Of a stretch of DNA of 32,000 bases, positions 1 to 8,800 are shown in pieces (position 1 is the first letter of the stretch; every line of letters begins with the position of its first letter). The stretch lies in assembly GCF_008000775.2 (NCBI RefSeq), contig NZ_CP042905.2:2010001-2042000 (forward strand), given 5' to 3'. Below the pieces are notes generated by a model that worked only from the letters and a program-made list of their open reading frames with translations, did no database searches and was not told the origin of the DNA. The DNA comes from Promethearchaeum syntrophicum (GTDB lineage Archaea > Asgardarchaeota > Lokiarchaeia > Sigyniarchaeales > Promethearchaeaceae). The position numbers were made by a program, and so were the translations under genes.

Positions 1-29
1 AAATCTTAAATGAAAATGATAGGAAGACG

Positions 30-1133
30 TTGAATTCTCTCGGTTCTCCCGTTTCTTCTCAAGAAATTAAGGAAGACAACTTATATTTAAGCTATTATAT
101 TGAGAACGGGGATGTAGATACAATTATTCTTTGGGGCACATTTGTAAAACCCAACACTGCTTTCGGACATTTTCAATTAAGAGGTAGAAAAAAGCCCAAC
201 CATATTCGTTTAACATCTTATGATAACACTGAAATACTAAAATTATTAACATGTTTCCATCATTTGGGCTCTCTTCATTTCTTTTTTTTCTTCGAATCAA
301 CAGACTCACTTGAACTAATTGGAAATCTTAAATATCTTAGGAAATTATCGATCACAAACGATAATTCAATAAAATTACCCAATTCTTTAGAAAAACTTTC
401 TAATCTCACTGATTTGGCAATTACAATTACAGAAAAGCCTTTTCCTTTTTCGGATTCACTAAAAAATCTCCAGAATCTTGAGAAATTTCATATCGGCACC
501 GATCTCAAAAAATTTCCAGAATTCGTTTTGAATTTTAAAAAATTAAAATCCCTAAGCTTAGCATCAAATTCATTACTTTATATTCCTCCTTCCATAGGTG
601 ATCTCCGAAATCTCCAAAAATTGAACTTATACAATAATAAAATATCATCGCTCCCACACACTATCGAAAACTTGCAGAATCTCACTCACATTAACATCGC
701 ACGGAATAATTTTACCACAATTCCCGAATATATTAAAAACCTAAAAAATCTCAAATCGATCGATATAGACAAAAATCCGTTTGTTTCTCTTGAATCATTT
801 AAATTTCTTTATTCCAATCGTAAATTAATTATAAATGGTAAACAGTCCATCGGTAGTCTCAATATTCCAAAAAAGATAAAAAATTTGTGGTTTGATGGAA
901 AATATGATGAAATAATGCAATATTATACCCCTCCCATTACTGAAATAGCTCAAAAATATGCTCAAGATCCTAAATCTCTCACTGGTCTTGAATTTGAACG
1001 TCTGGAAACTGAAGCTACGAACGAGGTGCGCGATATTTTAGAACTATCCTTGCCTAAAGACGACTCAATGTTAAAAATTATAAATGATAAATTAAAATTT
1101 GGCTTAAGAAATGGCCTAAAATTAATGAGATGA
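30..1133 (+). CDS. Leucine-rich repeat (LRR) protein with eukaryote-like typical LRRs; possibly 5'-truncated by the window edge
   Basis: 367-aa ORF. Residues ~95-255 carry about 7 tandem ~23-aa repeats of the form LxxLxxLxLxxNxIxxLPxxI (e.g. LRNLQKLNLYNNKISSLPHTIENLQNLTHINIARNNFTTIPEYIKNLKNLKSIDIDKNPF). The called start is TTG and the frame stays open back to nt 3, so the true start may lie upstream of the window. Confidence 0.8.
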   Translation: MNSLGSPVSSQEIKEDNLYLSYYIENGDVDTIILWGTFVKPNTAFGHFQLRGRKKPNHIRLTSYDNTEILKLLTCFHHLGSLHFFFFFESTDSLELIGNLKYLRKLSITNDNSIKLPNSLEKLSNLTDLAITITEKPFPFSDSLKNLQNLEKFHIGTDLKKFPEFVLNFKKLKSLSLASNSLLYIPPSIGDLRNLQKLNLYNNKISSLPHTIENLQNLTHINIARNNFTTIPEYIKNLKNLKSIDIDKNPFVSLESFKFLYSNRKLIINGKQSIGSLNIPKKIKNLWFDGKYDEIMQYYTPPITEIAQKYAQDPKSLTGLEFERLETEATNEVRDILELSLPKDDSMLKIINDKLKFGLRNGLKLMR

Positions 1134-1200
1134 CTACTACTAAAATCTTTCAAAATAATTAACAAAAAAAAAAAATTTAAAAAACTAATATTGCTGGAAC

Positions 1201-1719
1201 TTAATCTACTTCGCGTTCAATATAATCAAAGAAATCATAAATCCATGCCCGAGGTTTCGAGGCTAACTTCAAACTACCGTCAACCTTGCAATCTCCACTG
1301 AAGAACTCTGCGTCTGTGTTTGGATTACCTTTCATTATTTTTAATTGACAGGCAGGGGTCCAATCCATCCAGATTACATGCTTAACTGGTTGAACCGCTG
1401 CTGGATCATATGTTCCTGTATACATTGCGAGTTTTTGTTCTTCCGGAGTGAATTTAAGGATAAATTTCTTTTCACTACCCCGAACTTCAATAAAATAAGC
1501 AAGAGATTCATATTCTTCGAGATCACTTTCTAAATTTTCCCAATATTCCTGTTTATCTTCATCATCTGATTTTTTAGATGCAAGTGCTGCACCTACAATA
1601 GCTTTGAAGAATACTTCGGCATCTAAAGTCCCGTCGAATGTTCCGGTATCGAATTTTTTCACATATTCATCGATAGCGCTTATCATTTCTTCTGGTGTAA
1701 ACCATTTAGTAATTTCCAT
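1201..1719 (-). CDS. SCP2 (sterol carrier protein 2)-like lipid-binding domain protein
   Basis: 172-aa ORF. The C-terminal half (LAYFIEVRGSEKKFILKF...HVIWMDWTPACQLKIMKGNPNTDAEFFSGDCKVDGSLKLASKPRAWI) follows the SCP2 pattern (beta strands, then l.Gkl.p..aff.Gklk..G.m.la.k). An A12 run at 1164-1175 gives a T12 tract on this strand about 26 nt after the stop. Confidence 0.6.
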   Translation of the reverse strand: MEITKWFTPEEMISAIDEYVKKFDTGTFDGTLDAEVFFKAIVGAALASKKSDDEDKQEYWENLESDLEEYESLAYFIEVRGSEKKFILKFTPEEQKLAMYTGTYDPAAVQPVKHVIWMDWTPACQLKIMKGNPNTDAEFFSGDCKVDGSLKLASKPRAWIYDFFDYIEREVD

Positions 1720-1875
1720 TTTTTAAGATCACCTTGTAATAAAATAGATTTTAACCTATTTAGGTTGTTTGAAAAATATGCGGTAGCGTATAAAAAGCTT
1801 TTTTTCAGAATCCCATAGGAAAGAGTAAAAAGTTTAAAATATCGAGAAAGGGTAGAAAAAAAATCTAGAATGAAA

Positions 1876-2940
1876 TTAGAGATCGATTAAACCTTTCGAA
1901 ATCATACCATTTATCATATCATCGAATATTTTATCGATATTTTTACCAATTCGTGCTGAAGTTTCAAGATATCCGATATTAAGTTCATTTGCAAGGCTTA
2001 ATGCCTCTTCATGAGAAATTTGAATATCTTCCGTTAGATCACATTTGTTTCCGCACATTACAATCTGGATTTCATCGAAATTACTAAAATTGCTTTTAAC
2101 ATCCGAATACCAATTTTTGATATTATCAAATGTTTCGGGTTTAGTTAAGTCAAAAACAATTATCACACATTGCGCCCCGTTATAATAGAGTGAGCGGATT
2201 TTTTGGAATTTAGATTGCCCTGCAAGATCCCATAAAATCATCTGAAATGTTGTATTATTCAGAGCTATGGTTTTTTCAGTGATATTAGCACCAATAGTTG
2301 GGATATAACTCCTTCTAAATGCTCGGTCGGTAAATTGGAGTATCATAGAAGTCTTTCCCACCCCTGGATCACCAATTATGATGGTTTTAAAAGCGAATTC
2401 TCCCTTAATTGGCTCTTCTTGAGCTGTGGGGAATTGTTTTGAATTGTCTACAAATTGTACTTCTTGGGAAGCTAATTTAAGCAAGAATTTTTGCATTTGG
2501 CCATGGAATAATTTAAGTTTATCACGTAAAATTTCTGATACTTCATTTTTCTGGACAAGCGGTAGAAAACCTATGAGAAATTCATTTATATTTGCCTCAA
2601 TGTCATCTTTATATTTATATAGAATAGAATCATCTTTTTCTTCAAATAATACTGAAAGAGTAGCTTCTCTTCTTCCGCCTCTGCGAGTTGAATCCTTCCA
2701 TTCTAGAAGTTTAACAAGCCCTTTCATTTTTAATTGAGGAAAAGACATAATGGCTAATTCATCAGAAATTTTCTTCGAATAGGTAAAAAGGTCAATCGTT
2801 ACACTAGAGACGGTGCTTCTGGTATATTTAGCGACATTTTTTGGATAAAACACCCTCACAAATGGACCGACTTTTTCATCGAATAAGGAGAAAATAATTT
2901 GAAGTGCAATTTCCATGTTATCTTTAATTACATTTCCCAA
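1876..2940 (-). CDS. Two-domain protein: N-terminal longin/roadblock-like module (aa 1-~180) fused to a Rab-like small GTPase (aa ~183-354)
   Basis: 354-aa ORF. G1 GDPGVGKTS, switch I PTIG, G3 WDLAGQ, G4 GNKCDL and G5 ETSAR are all present in canonical order. The GTPase domain maps to about nt 1876-2394. The N-domain fold assignment is inference only. Confidence 0.85.
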   Translation of the reverse strand: MGNVIKDNMEIALQIIFSLFDEKVGPFVRVFYPKNVAKYTRSTVSSVTIDLFTYSKKISDELAIMSFPQLKMKGLVKLLEWKDSTRRGGRREATLSVLFEEKDDSILYKYKDDIEANINEFLIGFLPLVQKNEVSEILRDKLKLFHGQMQKFLLKLASQEVQFVDNSKQFPTAQEEPIKGEFAFKTIIIGDPGVGKTSMILQFTDRAFRRSYIPTIGANITEKTIALNNTTFQMILWDLAGQSKFQKIRSLYYNGAQCVIIVFDLTKPETFDNIKNWYSDVKSNFSNFDEIQIVMCGNKCDLTEDIQISHEEALSLANELNIGYLETSARIGKNIDKIFDDMINGMISKGLIDL

Positions 2941-2989
2941 ATAATAAGATTTTTTTTTCTAATAATTGGGTAAGCATAATGTAGAAATA

Positions 2990-4345
2990 TTAGATTTTTC
3001 TCAGTATAGCGATGAAATAACCGGAGCTTTCTTGGTATCTAGGGTAAAAACGTAACAGATTTTTCAAATCCATTGTATCAAGGCCGTCATAATCTAAACC
3101 GGGGGTTCCATATTGTAAATACTTCTGATCAATTGGGATGGTTTGATATCCAAGTTTTTGAACTGCGTAGGCAAGAATTCCTTCATTTTCTTCTTTTGGA
3201 ATTGTGCATGTATTGTACATTAAAATTCCCCCGGGTTTTACGAGTTGATCAACTATTTTGAGTAGTCTTCGTTGATTTTTAGGGAAATCCAGTAAATCGT
3301 TTTGTGATTTTTCAAGATACAATTTTGGGCGGGTTCCTAAAGCGGAGCATGGAGGATCAAACAACAAATAATTGGCTTTTTCTCTGAGTTCTGGCATTTC
3401 ATTTAAGATTCGTTCTAACTTAATGGGCAATACATCTATATTGTGTAAACGTAAACGTTTAATATCATTTCGTAAATGTTCGAGGCGGTTAGTCGAGCGA
3501 TCTATGGAAACAATTTTCAACCATTTCTCCTTTTTTTGTTCTGAATATAACCAATGACTCCTTTCTGCAATTGCGGTTGTTTTATGACCTGGAGCCGAAC
3601 AAACATCAAAAATAATAGGATTTTTAATTTGAGTGTTTTTAACGATCTCTTCAACAAAAATAGCACAAGCAATTGTTGCAGGTAGTGTTTGCTCGGATAT
3701 CCAGCCTTCCTTATAAGCTGAGCTTGATCGATATTTAGGAAGGGAATATTTTGGCAGAGTTGTATTCACAAGAATCCCGTTCCTATACTTTGGGAGATCT
3801 TTGGATGAAATCATAGTCTCACCGTTTGCTACATGAAATTTCTCAACATTTTCATCCATTTTTTTGGTTCTAGATGTAGGTTTTAATAAAATCGATATTT
3901 CTTCCCCTTTGTCGAATTTATCAGAAGTTCCACAAAAACCTGGGACGAATAAATCAGCCCCAAGCATAATAGATTCTGCGGCATATTTATCTGTATATAT
4001 CTGTTTGGAAAGCATGGGGATCGTTTGATTTTCAATGAATGGGATTTTTAAGGTATTTTCAAGGGGTCCTTGCTCAGAGATTGTTTCTGGAAATTCTAAA
4101 TTCAATTCTTTTAGCAGATCCTTCATGGAAATCTTATTTAAATTCACTCGGAGAAAATAAAATTGAGGTGGAATGGTTATGCTTTCTAAGATTTCCTTAA
4201 GTTCATCCAAATTTGTTATCGTGTTATGAATATGGTCGACGATTGAGGAGGATATAAATTGATTTCTTGCATAGGCATAAATTTCTTCCATATTTCTACC
4301 TTTATCTGGTTTTAAAGTCAAATCTATCCTCAAATTTTCTAACAT
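2990..4345 (-). CDS. NOL1/NOP2/Sun-family RNA cytosine-C5 methyltransferase with PUA-like domain
   Basis: 451-aa ORF. SAM-binding motif CSAPGHKT, motif IV FDPPCSALG and motif VI MYNTCT(IPKEENE). Upstream PUA-like segment IMLGADLFVPGF...KGEEISIL. The architecture matches archaeal Trm4/NSUN-type enzymes. Confidence 0.85.
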   Translation of the reverse strand: MLENLRIDLTLKPDKGRNMEEIYAYARNQFISSSIVDHIHNTITNLDELKEILESITIPPQFYFLRVNLNKISMKDLLKELNLEFPETISEQGPLENTLKIPFIENQTIPMLSKQIYTDKYAAESIMLGADLFVPGFCGTSDKFDKGEEISILLKPTSRTKKMDENVEKFHVANGETMISSKDLPKYRNGILVNTTLPKYSLPKYRSSSAYKEGWISEQTLPATIACAIFVEEIVKNTQIKNPIIFDVCSAPGHKTTAIAERSHWLYSEQKKEKWLKIVSIDRSTNRLEHLRNDIKRLRLHNIDVLPIKLERILNEMPELREKANYLLFDPPCSALGTRPKLYLEKSQNDLLDFPKNQRRLLKIVDQLVKPGGILMYNTCTIPKEENEGILAYAVQKLGYQTIPIDQKYLQYGTPGLDYDGLDTMDLKNLLRFYPRYQESSGYFIAILRKI

Positions 4346-4411
4346 ATCCTTCTATAGAAACTTTTATATCGATACAAACGAATAAATTATTGACCAAATT
4401 CGGTGGTTATT

Positions 4412-5005
4412 ATGAGCAAAAATAGCAGTCCTATCGGAACCATTTTAGCATCAGTTTTTATAACTCTTATCCTTGCAGGAGCGGGGATGTATTTTGGAAT
4501 GCCACTTATATTTCCCAATTTAAATGCTGATCTAAATGAGGGTAGTTTACTTCAAACAAAATCTGTAGAAGTTGATACCGTAGATTATATTAATGATGAT
4601 GATTTGACCTATGCGCAAATGCCTGGTATGGAATTGGGAATAACAACAAGTGGAAATTCCAGTTTATATGTGTCTTTTGAAGGTTTGTTTTTTTTAGGAA
4701 TGGATGATTTGTTTTTTGGATACACGGCATATAATATTTCACTTGTAGTTTCAGGAATAGGAAATAGAACAACAATGATTTATTACTATACTCAAACGAC
4801 TCCTTCAGCATATGTTTTTCTATCTCAAAATATTCATATGACTTTTGATACTGGAATTATTTCCTCTGGGAATTATACAATTTCAGTTTACTGGAGATCT
4901 ATATTAAATACTTCAGGTGGATCAATTACCACTCTAACAACACAAATAGAAAATTCTTTTCATAGCCCCAGGAAGATATACGTGCAAGAATTTTCAGCAT
5001 TATAA
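4412..5005 (+). CDS. N-terminally membrane-anchored hypothetical protein with several N-glycosylation sequons
   Basis: The ORF track starts at GTG 4403; an in-frame ATG at 4412 gives MSKNSSP. One N-terminal hydrophobic helix (IGTILASVFITLILAGAGMYFGM), then a Ser/Thr/Tyr-rich domain with NSS, NIS, NRT, NYT and NTS sequons. A T12 tract follows the stop. No family recognised. Confidence 0.5.
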   Translation: MSKNSSPIGTILASVFITLILAGAGMYFGMPLIFPNLNADLNEGSLLQTKSVEVDTVDYINDDDLTYAQMPGMELGITTSGNSSLYVSFEGLFFLGMDDLFFGYTAYNISLVVSGIGNRTTMIYYYTQTTPSAYVFLSQNIHMTFDTGIISSGNYTISVYWRSILNTSGGSITTLTTQIENSFHSPRKIYVQEFSAL

Positions 5006-5011
5006 ATTAAG

Positions 5012-5023
5012 TTTTTTTTTTTT
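5012..5023 (+). terminator. Oligo-T tract (T12) 7 nt after the stop of 4412-5005
   Basis: Twelve consecutive T directly downstream of TAA (5003-5005). Archaeal RNA polymerase is known to terminate at oligo-T tracts. T runs are also common by chance in an AT-rich genome. Confidence 0.4.
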
Positions 5024-5061
5024 CTAAATTCTTTTATTGAAGAACATCTAAAAAAAAGAAA

Positions 5062-5080
5062 CAGTCTTCAAGGTTATAAA
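5062..5080. repeat. Left terminal inverted repeat of the IS
   Basis: 18/19 complementary to 6520-6538 by direct reading. Confidence 0.75.
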
Positions 5081-5166
5081 CTCGACGACAAAAAACGTCC
5101 CTAAGTCTAATCTATGAAAACGATAGAAGATATAAAGGGGAAAGGAGAATATTTATATGATTATTT

Positions 5167-6519
5167 ATGAATATTGCAAGGAGTCGTTCGATTCCCACAT
5201 CGAAAACCCTTCCTTTCCCTAAAGATATATTTCTCCTAGGAGAATTTAAATCTTTGGTTAACAGTTTGGTCACTCGATTAGGAATCGCGAAAAGATTTAA
5301 GCCCAGGCTTTATTCATATGCAGATTTTGTGTTTGTTAAATTTTATGCTCTAACAACTTCAATACCAATCGAAAGAGCTTCAGAACGCCTTAATAAATGG
5401 CTGATATTCCAATATTTCAAGAAATACAAGTTAAAACCAAAAAATTTTCAAGACGGAGTTCGTAAACGGCGCTTAGTACCACATCAAACCGATGTTGATA
5501 AATTTTTCAGATTGTTATCTGAAAAAGAAGTCAATATGTTGTTCGGAAATCTATTAATGAACGTTGTACTGAAGGTTAAAGCTAGATGTATCGGAGGATC
5601 AAAACTCAGATTCTTAGTTGACAACACTGAATATGCATATTATGGCAAGCCCAACTCGCTTTTTGAAATTGGAACCAATCGAAAACCAGGAACTCGGTTC
5701 TGTCGCATGTTTCAAGGGCATGCACTTCACGGATCTGGAATGACATTGTTTACTGATTTCTATTTACTTCAAAAAGGGAAATATCGTTGTCTTAACATCC
5801 CTCATTCGGTAGAATGGATAAGGTGGTCGGGAATTAATCTTTCCTATTCTCTCATGGATAGAGAATTTTACCGCGCCGCCTTAATCAAAGATCTTAAAAC
5901 CTGTAAACTTCCAGTTCTTATTCCCGCGAAGAAATATCCCGGAATTAAAAGAAAAATCAAAGATTTCTTGCTCGGAATAGGTCCATTGGTATCAGTTTAT
6001 CACTTTTCACAAACCCAAAAGGTAAAACCATGGCCGAGTTCGGTTCATGTGAATTTTGTCGTTATTGGCCATAAAAATGTATTAGCAACCGAAATACGGC
6101 GCCAATTCAGACAAGGTATTTTAACGTTCGATGAAGCAATAAAACAGTTAGCAGGGTTCTTTACAACTCTCAAACCTTGGAAAAATCATTCACGATGGGC
6201 TAAATGGCTTTCACGAGCATATAAAAAAAGATGGAATGAAGAGACGGGGTTCAGTAAGTTGAATGATATTCACAAAAGTTTCCGGAATCATTATCCGAAT
6301 GTGCAATTATCTCAGCTCTATATGAGAGCAATAATTTATAACAATTGGCAATATTTCAAAAGAGAAGCAGAAAAATCAGGAATTAAAGCCTCAAAGAGAA
6401 CTTTAGCTGTGTTTTTAGAGATATTAGAATGGAGAATCTATAATCTAATTGAACAATCAGTGAGTTATAATTTAAAATATTTACAGAAAAAAAGAAGGAG
6501 GTTATATTTTGAAAGTTAA
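5167..6519 (+). CDS. DDE-type transposase (IS4/ISH3-like, DDE_Tnp_1 superfamily)
   Basis: 450-aa ORF. Candidate catalytic triad contexts are FLVDNTEYAYYG (D), LMDREFY (D) and YKKRWNEETGFSKLN (Y-x2-R-x3-E signature region of IS4-type enzymes). It is bracketed by inverted repeats. Confidence 0.8.
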   Translation: MNIARSRSIPTSKTLPFPKDIFLLGEFKSLVNSLVTRLGIAKRFKPRLYSYADFVFVKFYALTTSIPIERASERLNKWLIFQYFKKYKLKPKNFQDGVRKRRLVPHQTDVDKFFRLLSEKEVNMLFGNLLMNVVLKVKARCIGGSKLRFLVDNTEYAYYGKPNSLFEIGTNRKPGTRFCRMFQGHALHGSGMTLFTDFYLLQKGKYRCLNIPHSVEWIRWSGINLSYSLMDREFYRAALIKDLKTCKLPVLIPAKKYPGIKRKIKDFLLGIGPLVSVYHFSQTQKVKPWPSSVHVNFVVIGHKNVLATEIRRQFRQGILTFDEAIKQLAGFFTTLKPWKNHSRWAKWLSRAYKKRWNEETGFSKLNDIHKSFRNHYPNVQLSQLYMRAIIYNNWQYFKREAEKSGIKASKRTLAVFLEILEWRIYNLIEQSVSYNLKYLQKKRRRLYFES

Positions 6520-6538
6520 TTTATAACCTTAAAGACTG
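6520..6538. repeat. Right terminal inverted repeat of the IS
   Basis: Reverse complement matches 5062-5080 at 18/19 positions. Confidence 0.75.
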
Positions 6539-6556
6539 AAGAAAAAATGAAAAAAA

Positions 6557-7576
6557 TTAAGAAAAAATTGGTATAAAGGCAAGATAGCAAAGAGCGGATA
6601 AGATTGCAGCAACTGGAAAGGTGATAACCCAGCTCACCACCATTTTTCTAAACGTTTTTTTATCAGGAGTTTCTCCTTTGACGCGTCCCGCCCCTAAAAC
6701 AGCAAAAATCAGGATATGACTTCCCGAAACAGGTAATCCCAGTAAGGTAGCTACGAAAATTACAACGCTTGTAGAGATTTGAATAGAAAAAGCATCACTT
6801 GGTCGCATTTCGATTAAATTATTGCCAACATTTTTAATAACATTGCGTCCAACAATTACCAAACCAAGAGTTAACATTAATCCAGTTAATGCAACGAGAG
6901 AGTAAATTAAAACCGAATTTCCTTCAATAATATCTCCTGATTCTATCAATCCGTACATAATCCCTAAGGCATTTGCTGAGTCATTTCCGCCTCTGCTAAT
7001 TTGAGTCCAACACACTGCTGCAATAAGCATGTAAACGAATTTTTGTTCAATACCTTCTAAGGTGTCCAATCCGATTTTTCTTGAACTTATAAATTTCTTA
7101 GTTCCCAGCTCAAATAAATAAGCCCCGAAATAACCCAAAATGGGGGAAATCACCCAACCTAAAACTACGCTTCCCATTTTCGTCCAATTTAATGCTTCTA
7201 TAAAATTTTCATTATATTTAAGAGCCCAAATAATAGCAATTCCAAAAACCGATCCTACAACAGAATGGGTGGTGGATATGGGGGCTCCTGTTTTAGAGGC
7301 TACAACAAGCCAGACTGTAGTGCTAATTAGGATTGCTAACATCATACTTATGGTGTATTCTACATCAGGTCCGAGAAGGCTTTTACCGACAGTTTTACCG
7401 ACACTTGCGGAAAGAAACAAAACCCCTACAAAGACTAAAATTCCTCCCAAAATAATGGCAACTTTCAATTTCACGGATCTAGATCCGACTAAAGTTGCCA
7501 TAGTCTCATCATTAGCACCTATTCCAAATGCCAATGCAAGCATTAAGAGTAGGAGGATTATTACGATTGGTTCCAT
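6557..7576 (-). CDS. Inorganic phosphate transporter, PiT (PHO4) family
   Basis: 339-aa polytopic membrane ORF with the two PiT signature regions GIGANDETMATLVGS (N-terminal) and GGNDSANALG (C-terminal half). It lies directly downstream of a DUF47 gene, the usual pairing. Confidence 0.9.
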   Translation of the reverse strand: MEPIVIILLLLMLALAFGIGANDETMATLVGSRSVKLKVAIILGGILVFVGVLFLSASVGKTVGKSLLGPDVEYTISMMLAILISTTVWLVVASKTGAPISTTHSVVGSVFGIAIIWALKYNENFIEALNWTKMGSVVLGWVISPILGYFGAYLFELGTKKFISSRKIGLDTLEGIEQKFVYMLIAAVCWTQISRGGNDSANALGIMYGLIESGDIIEGNSVLIYSLVALTGLMLTLGLVIVGRNVIKNVGNNLIEMRPSDAFSIQISTSVVIFVATLLGLPVSGSHILIFAVLGAGRVKGETPDKKTFRKMVVSWVITFPVAAILSALCYLAFIPIFS

Positions 7577-7605
7577 TAATTCAATCTCCTTTTTTTATAT
7601 CCTTT

Positions 7606-8256
7606 CTATAATGCGTATTTGCACAACATTCCGTTTATTTCATCGGCAAATTCTTCTGATTTATCTGCAACTTTGCTAACTGCTTTAATTAAATTTTGGA
7701 AATAGTTGAACTCTAAAGGCTCTAACTTCAATTCAAATATTTTGGTTAAAAGGATCCAATGAATTTCTCTCACTTCTCTTCTGAAATCGTTAACATTTTT
7801 GATATATAATGGACCTTCCGAGAAATCAACAAGAATGACTTTGATCAATTTCTTTAAGTCGATTCCTATTTTACCAATATTTTCTGCCATTTTTCCAAGA
7901 CCTTCAACTAGTTCAGCTGGCGGGGTTGGATTAAATTGCAATAATTTTCTAACTACTATTTCGGTTTCATCAACAATTTTATCCATTCTTTCAATTATTT
8001 TCAATCTATCTGGGCGAGTAAATACCATGGTTTCTTTTGAGAATATTCTTTCGATTATCACTTCGCGTGAACGGTCCTGCTTTTTTTCGATAGCGATCGT
8101 TTCTTCCGCTTTTTTTCTGGCTTCCTTTATATTATTCTGGCAGTATGCATTCACAGCTTCACACATTGTTTGAAAAGCCTGATTTAGGAGTTCAGCATTT
8201 TCATAGAATAAATACCTAAGAGAATTTCCCTTTTCTTTTTTCATTAACTTCTTCAT
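7606..8256 (-). CDS. DUF47 / PhoU-like putative phosphate-transport regulator (TIGR00153-type), partner of PiT
   Basis: Helical-bundle pattern matches DUF47 (IIERIFSKETMVFTRPDRLKIIERMDKIVDETE... and C-terminal KAVSKVADKSEEFADEINGML). I place the start at ATG 8256 (MKKLMKKEKG, 216 aa). The 289-aa ORF-track version adds 73 hydrophobic, low-complexity codons that overlap the divergent CBS gene. Confidence 0.65.
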   Translation of the reverse strand: MKKLMKKEKGNSLRYLFYENAELLNQAFQTMCEAVNAYCQNNIKEARKKAEETIAIEKKQDRSREVIIERIFSKETMVFTRPDRLKIIERMDKIVDETEIVVRKLLQFNPTPPAELVEGLGKMAENIGKIGIDLKKLIKVILVDFSEGPLYIKNVNDFRREVREIHWILLTKIFELKLEPLEFNYFQNLIKAVSKVADKSEEFADEINGMLCKYAL

Positions 8257-8398
8257 TAAAAACACCTTAAAATTTATCAAAATTTCAATAATACAATATA
8301 TTTTTTTGAGGAAATAAAAGTTCAGTTCAGATTTCTTAAATACATCAAAAAACTTTATTAAAATTGATGAAGAAATTTCAAGAAGGGTTGATGTTTCT

Positions 8399-8800
8399 AT
8401 GAATTTGAAAGAAGTAACTGCCAAAGATATAATGAGTACTGATATAACTGTTACAAGACGAATGGAAAAAGTCACTACCGCAGAAATGATGATGATAAAA
8501 AAAAATATCGGCGGTCTACCTGTTGTTTCAGATTCAGATAAATTAATTGGTATTTTAACGCAAAGAGATATTCAGCTAAGCCGTTCGATTATTGGAACGG
8601 AAGCTTTTCATGTAGATGATTTATATTCTAAGAATCCGGTTAAAGCAACCGTTGATGAAGATTTTCCAAGCATAATTAATAAAATGAATGATAATAATAT
8701 CGAGCGAATACCTATTGTTGACGGTAATGACCATGTTGTTGGGATTGTAGTCACTAAAGATATTATTAAAGCCTTAGGTGATTTTTTTCAAAAAATTTAA
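8399..8800 (+). CDS. CBS-pair domain protein
   Basis: 133-aa ORF with two CBS motifs (IGGLPVVSDSDKLIGILTQRDI and IERIPIVDGNDHVVGIVVTKDIIKAL). Confidence 0.85.
   Translation: MNLKEVTAKDIMSTDITVTRRMEKVTTAEMMMIKKNIGGLPVVSDSDKLIGILTQRDIQLSRSIIGTEAFHVDDLYSKNPVKATVDEDFPSIINKMNDNNIERIPIVDGNDHVVGIVVTKDIIKALGDFFQKI

Larger units (their letters stand above)
5062..6538 (+). mobile_element. Complete insertion sequence (~1.48 kb), single DDE transposase, 19-bp terminal inverted repeats, possible 6-bp target duplication
   Basis: IRL 5062-5080 is cagtcttcaaggttataaa. The reverse complement of IRR 6520-6538 is cagtctttaaggttataaa, an 18/19 match. IRR starts immediately after the transposase stop codon. AAGAAA flanks both ends (5056-5061 and 6539-6544), but that sequence is low complexity. 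Confidence 0.75.

Noticed and set aside
282-289. A T8 homopolymer inside the LRR gene (encoding the FFFFF run), considered as a possible slippage, phase-variation or frameshift site.
   Set aside because: The reading frame is intact across it and LRR repeats continue in the same frame. Homopolymers of this length are common here. There is no evidence of a shifted alternative frame with coding character.
1753-1766. Short palindrome aacctatttaggtt upstream of the SCP2 gene.
   Set aside because: It has 6-bp arms only, well within chance expectation.
8257-8475. The N-terminal 73-codon extension of the DUF47 ORF (the track gives 7606-8475).
   Set aside because: The extension is hydrophobic and low-complexity, and would overlap the divergent CBS gene start by 77 nt. 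It is absent from the ~205-225-aa length typical of DUF47 proteins. ATG 8256 gives a family-typical protein.
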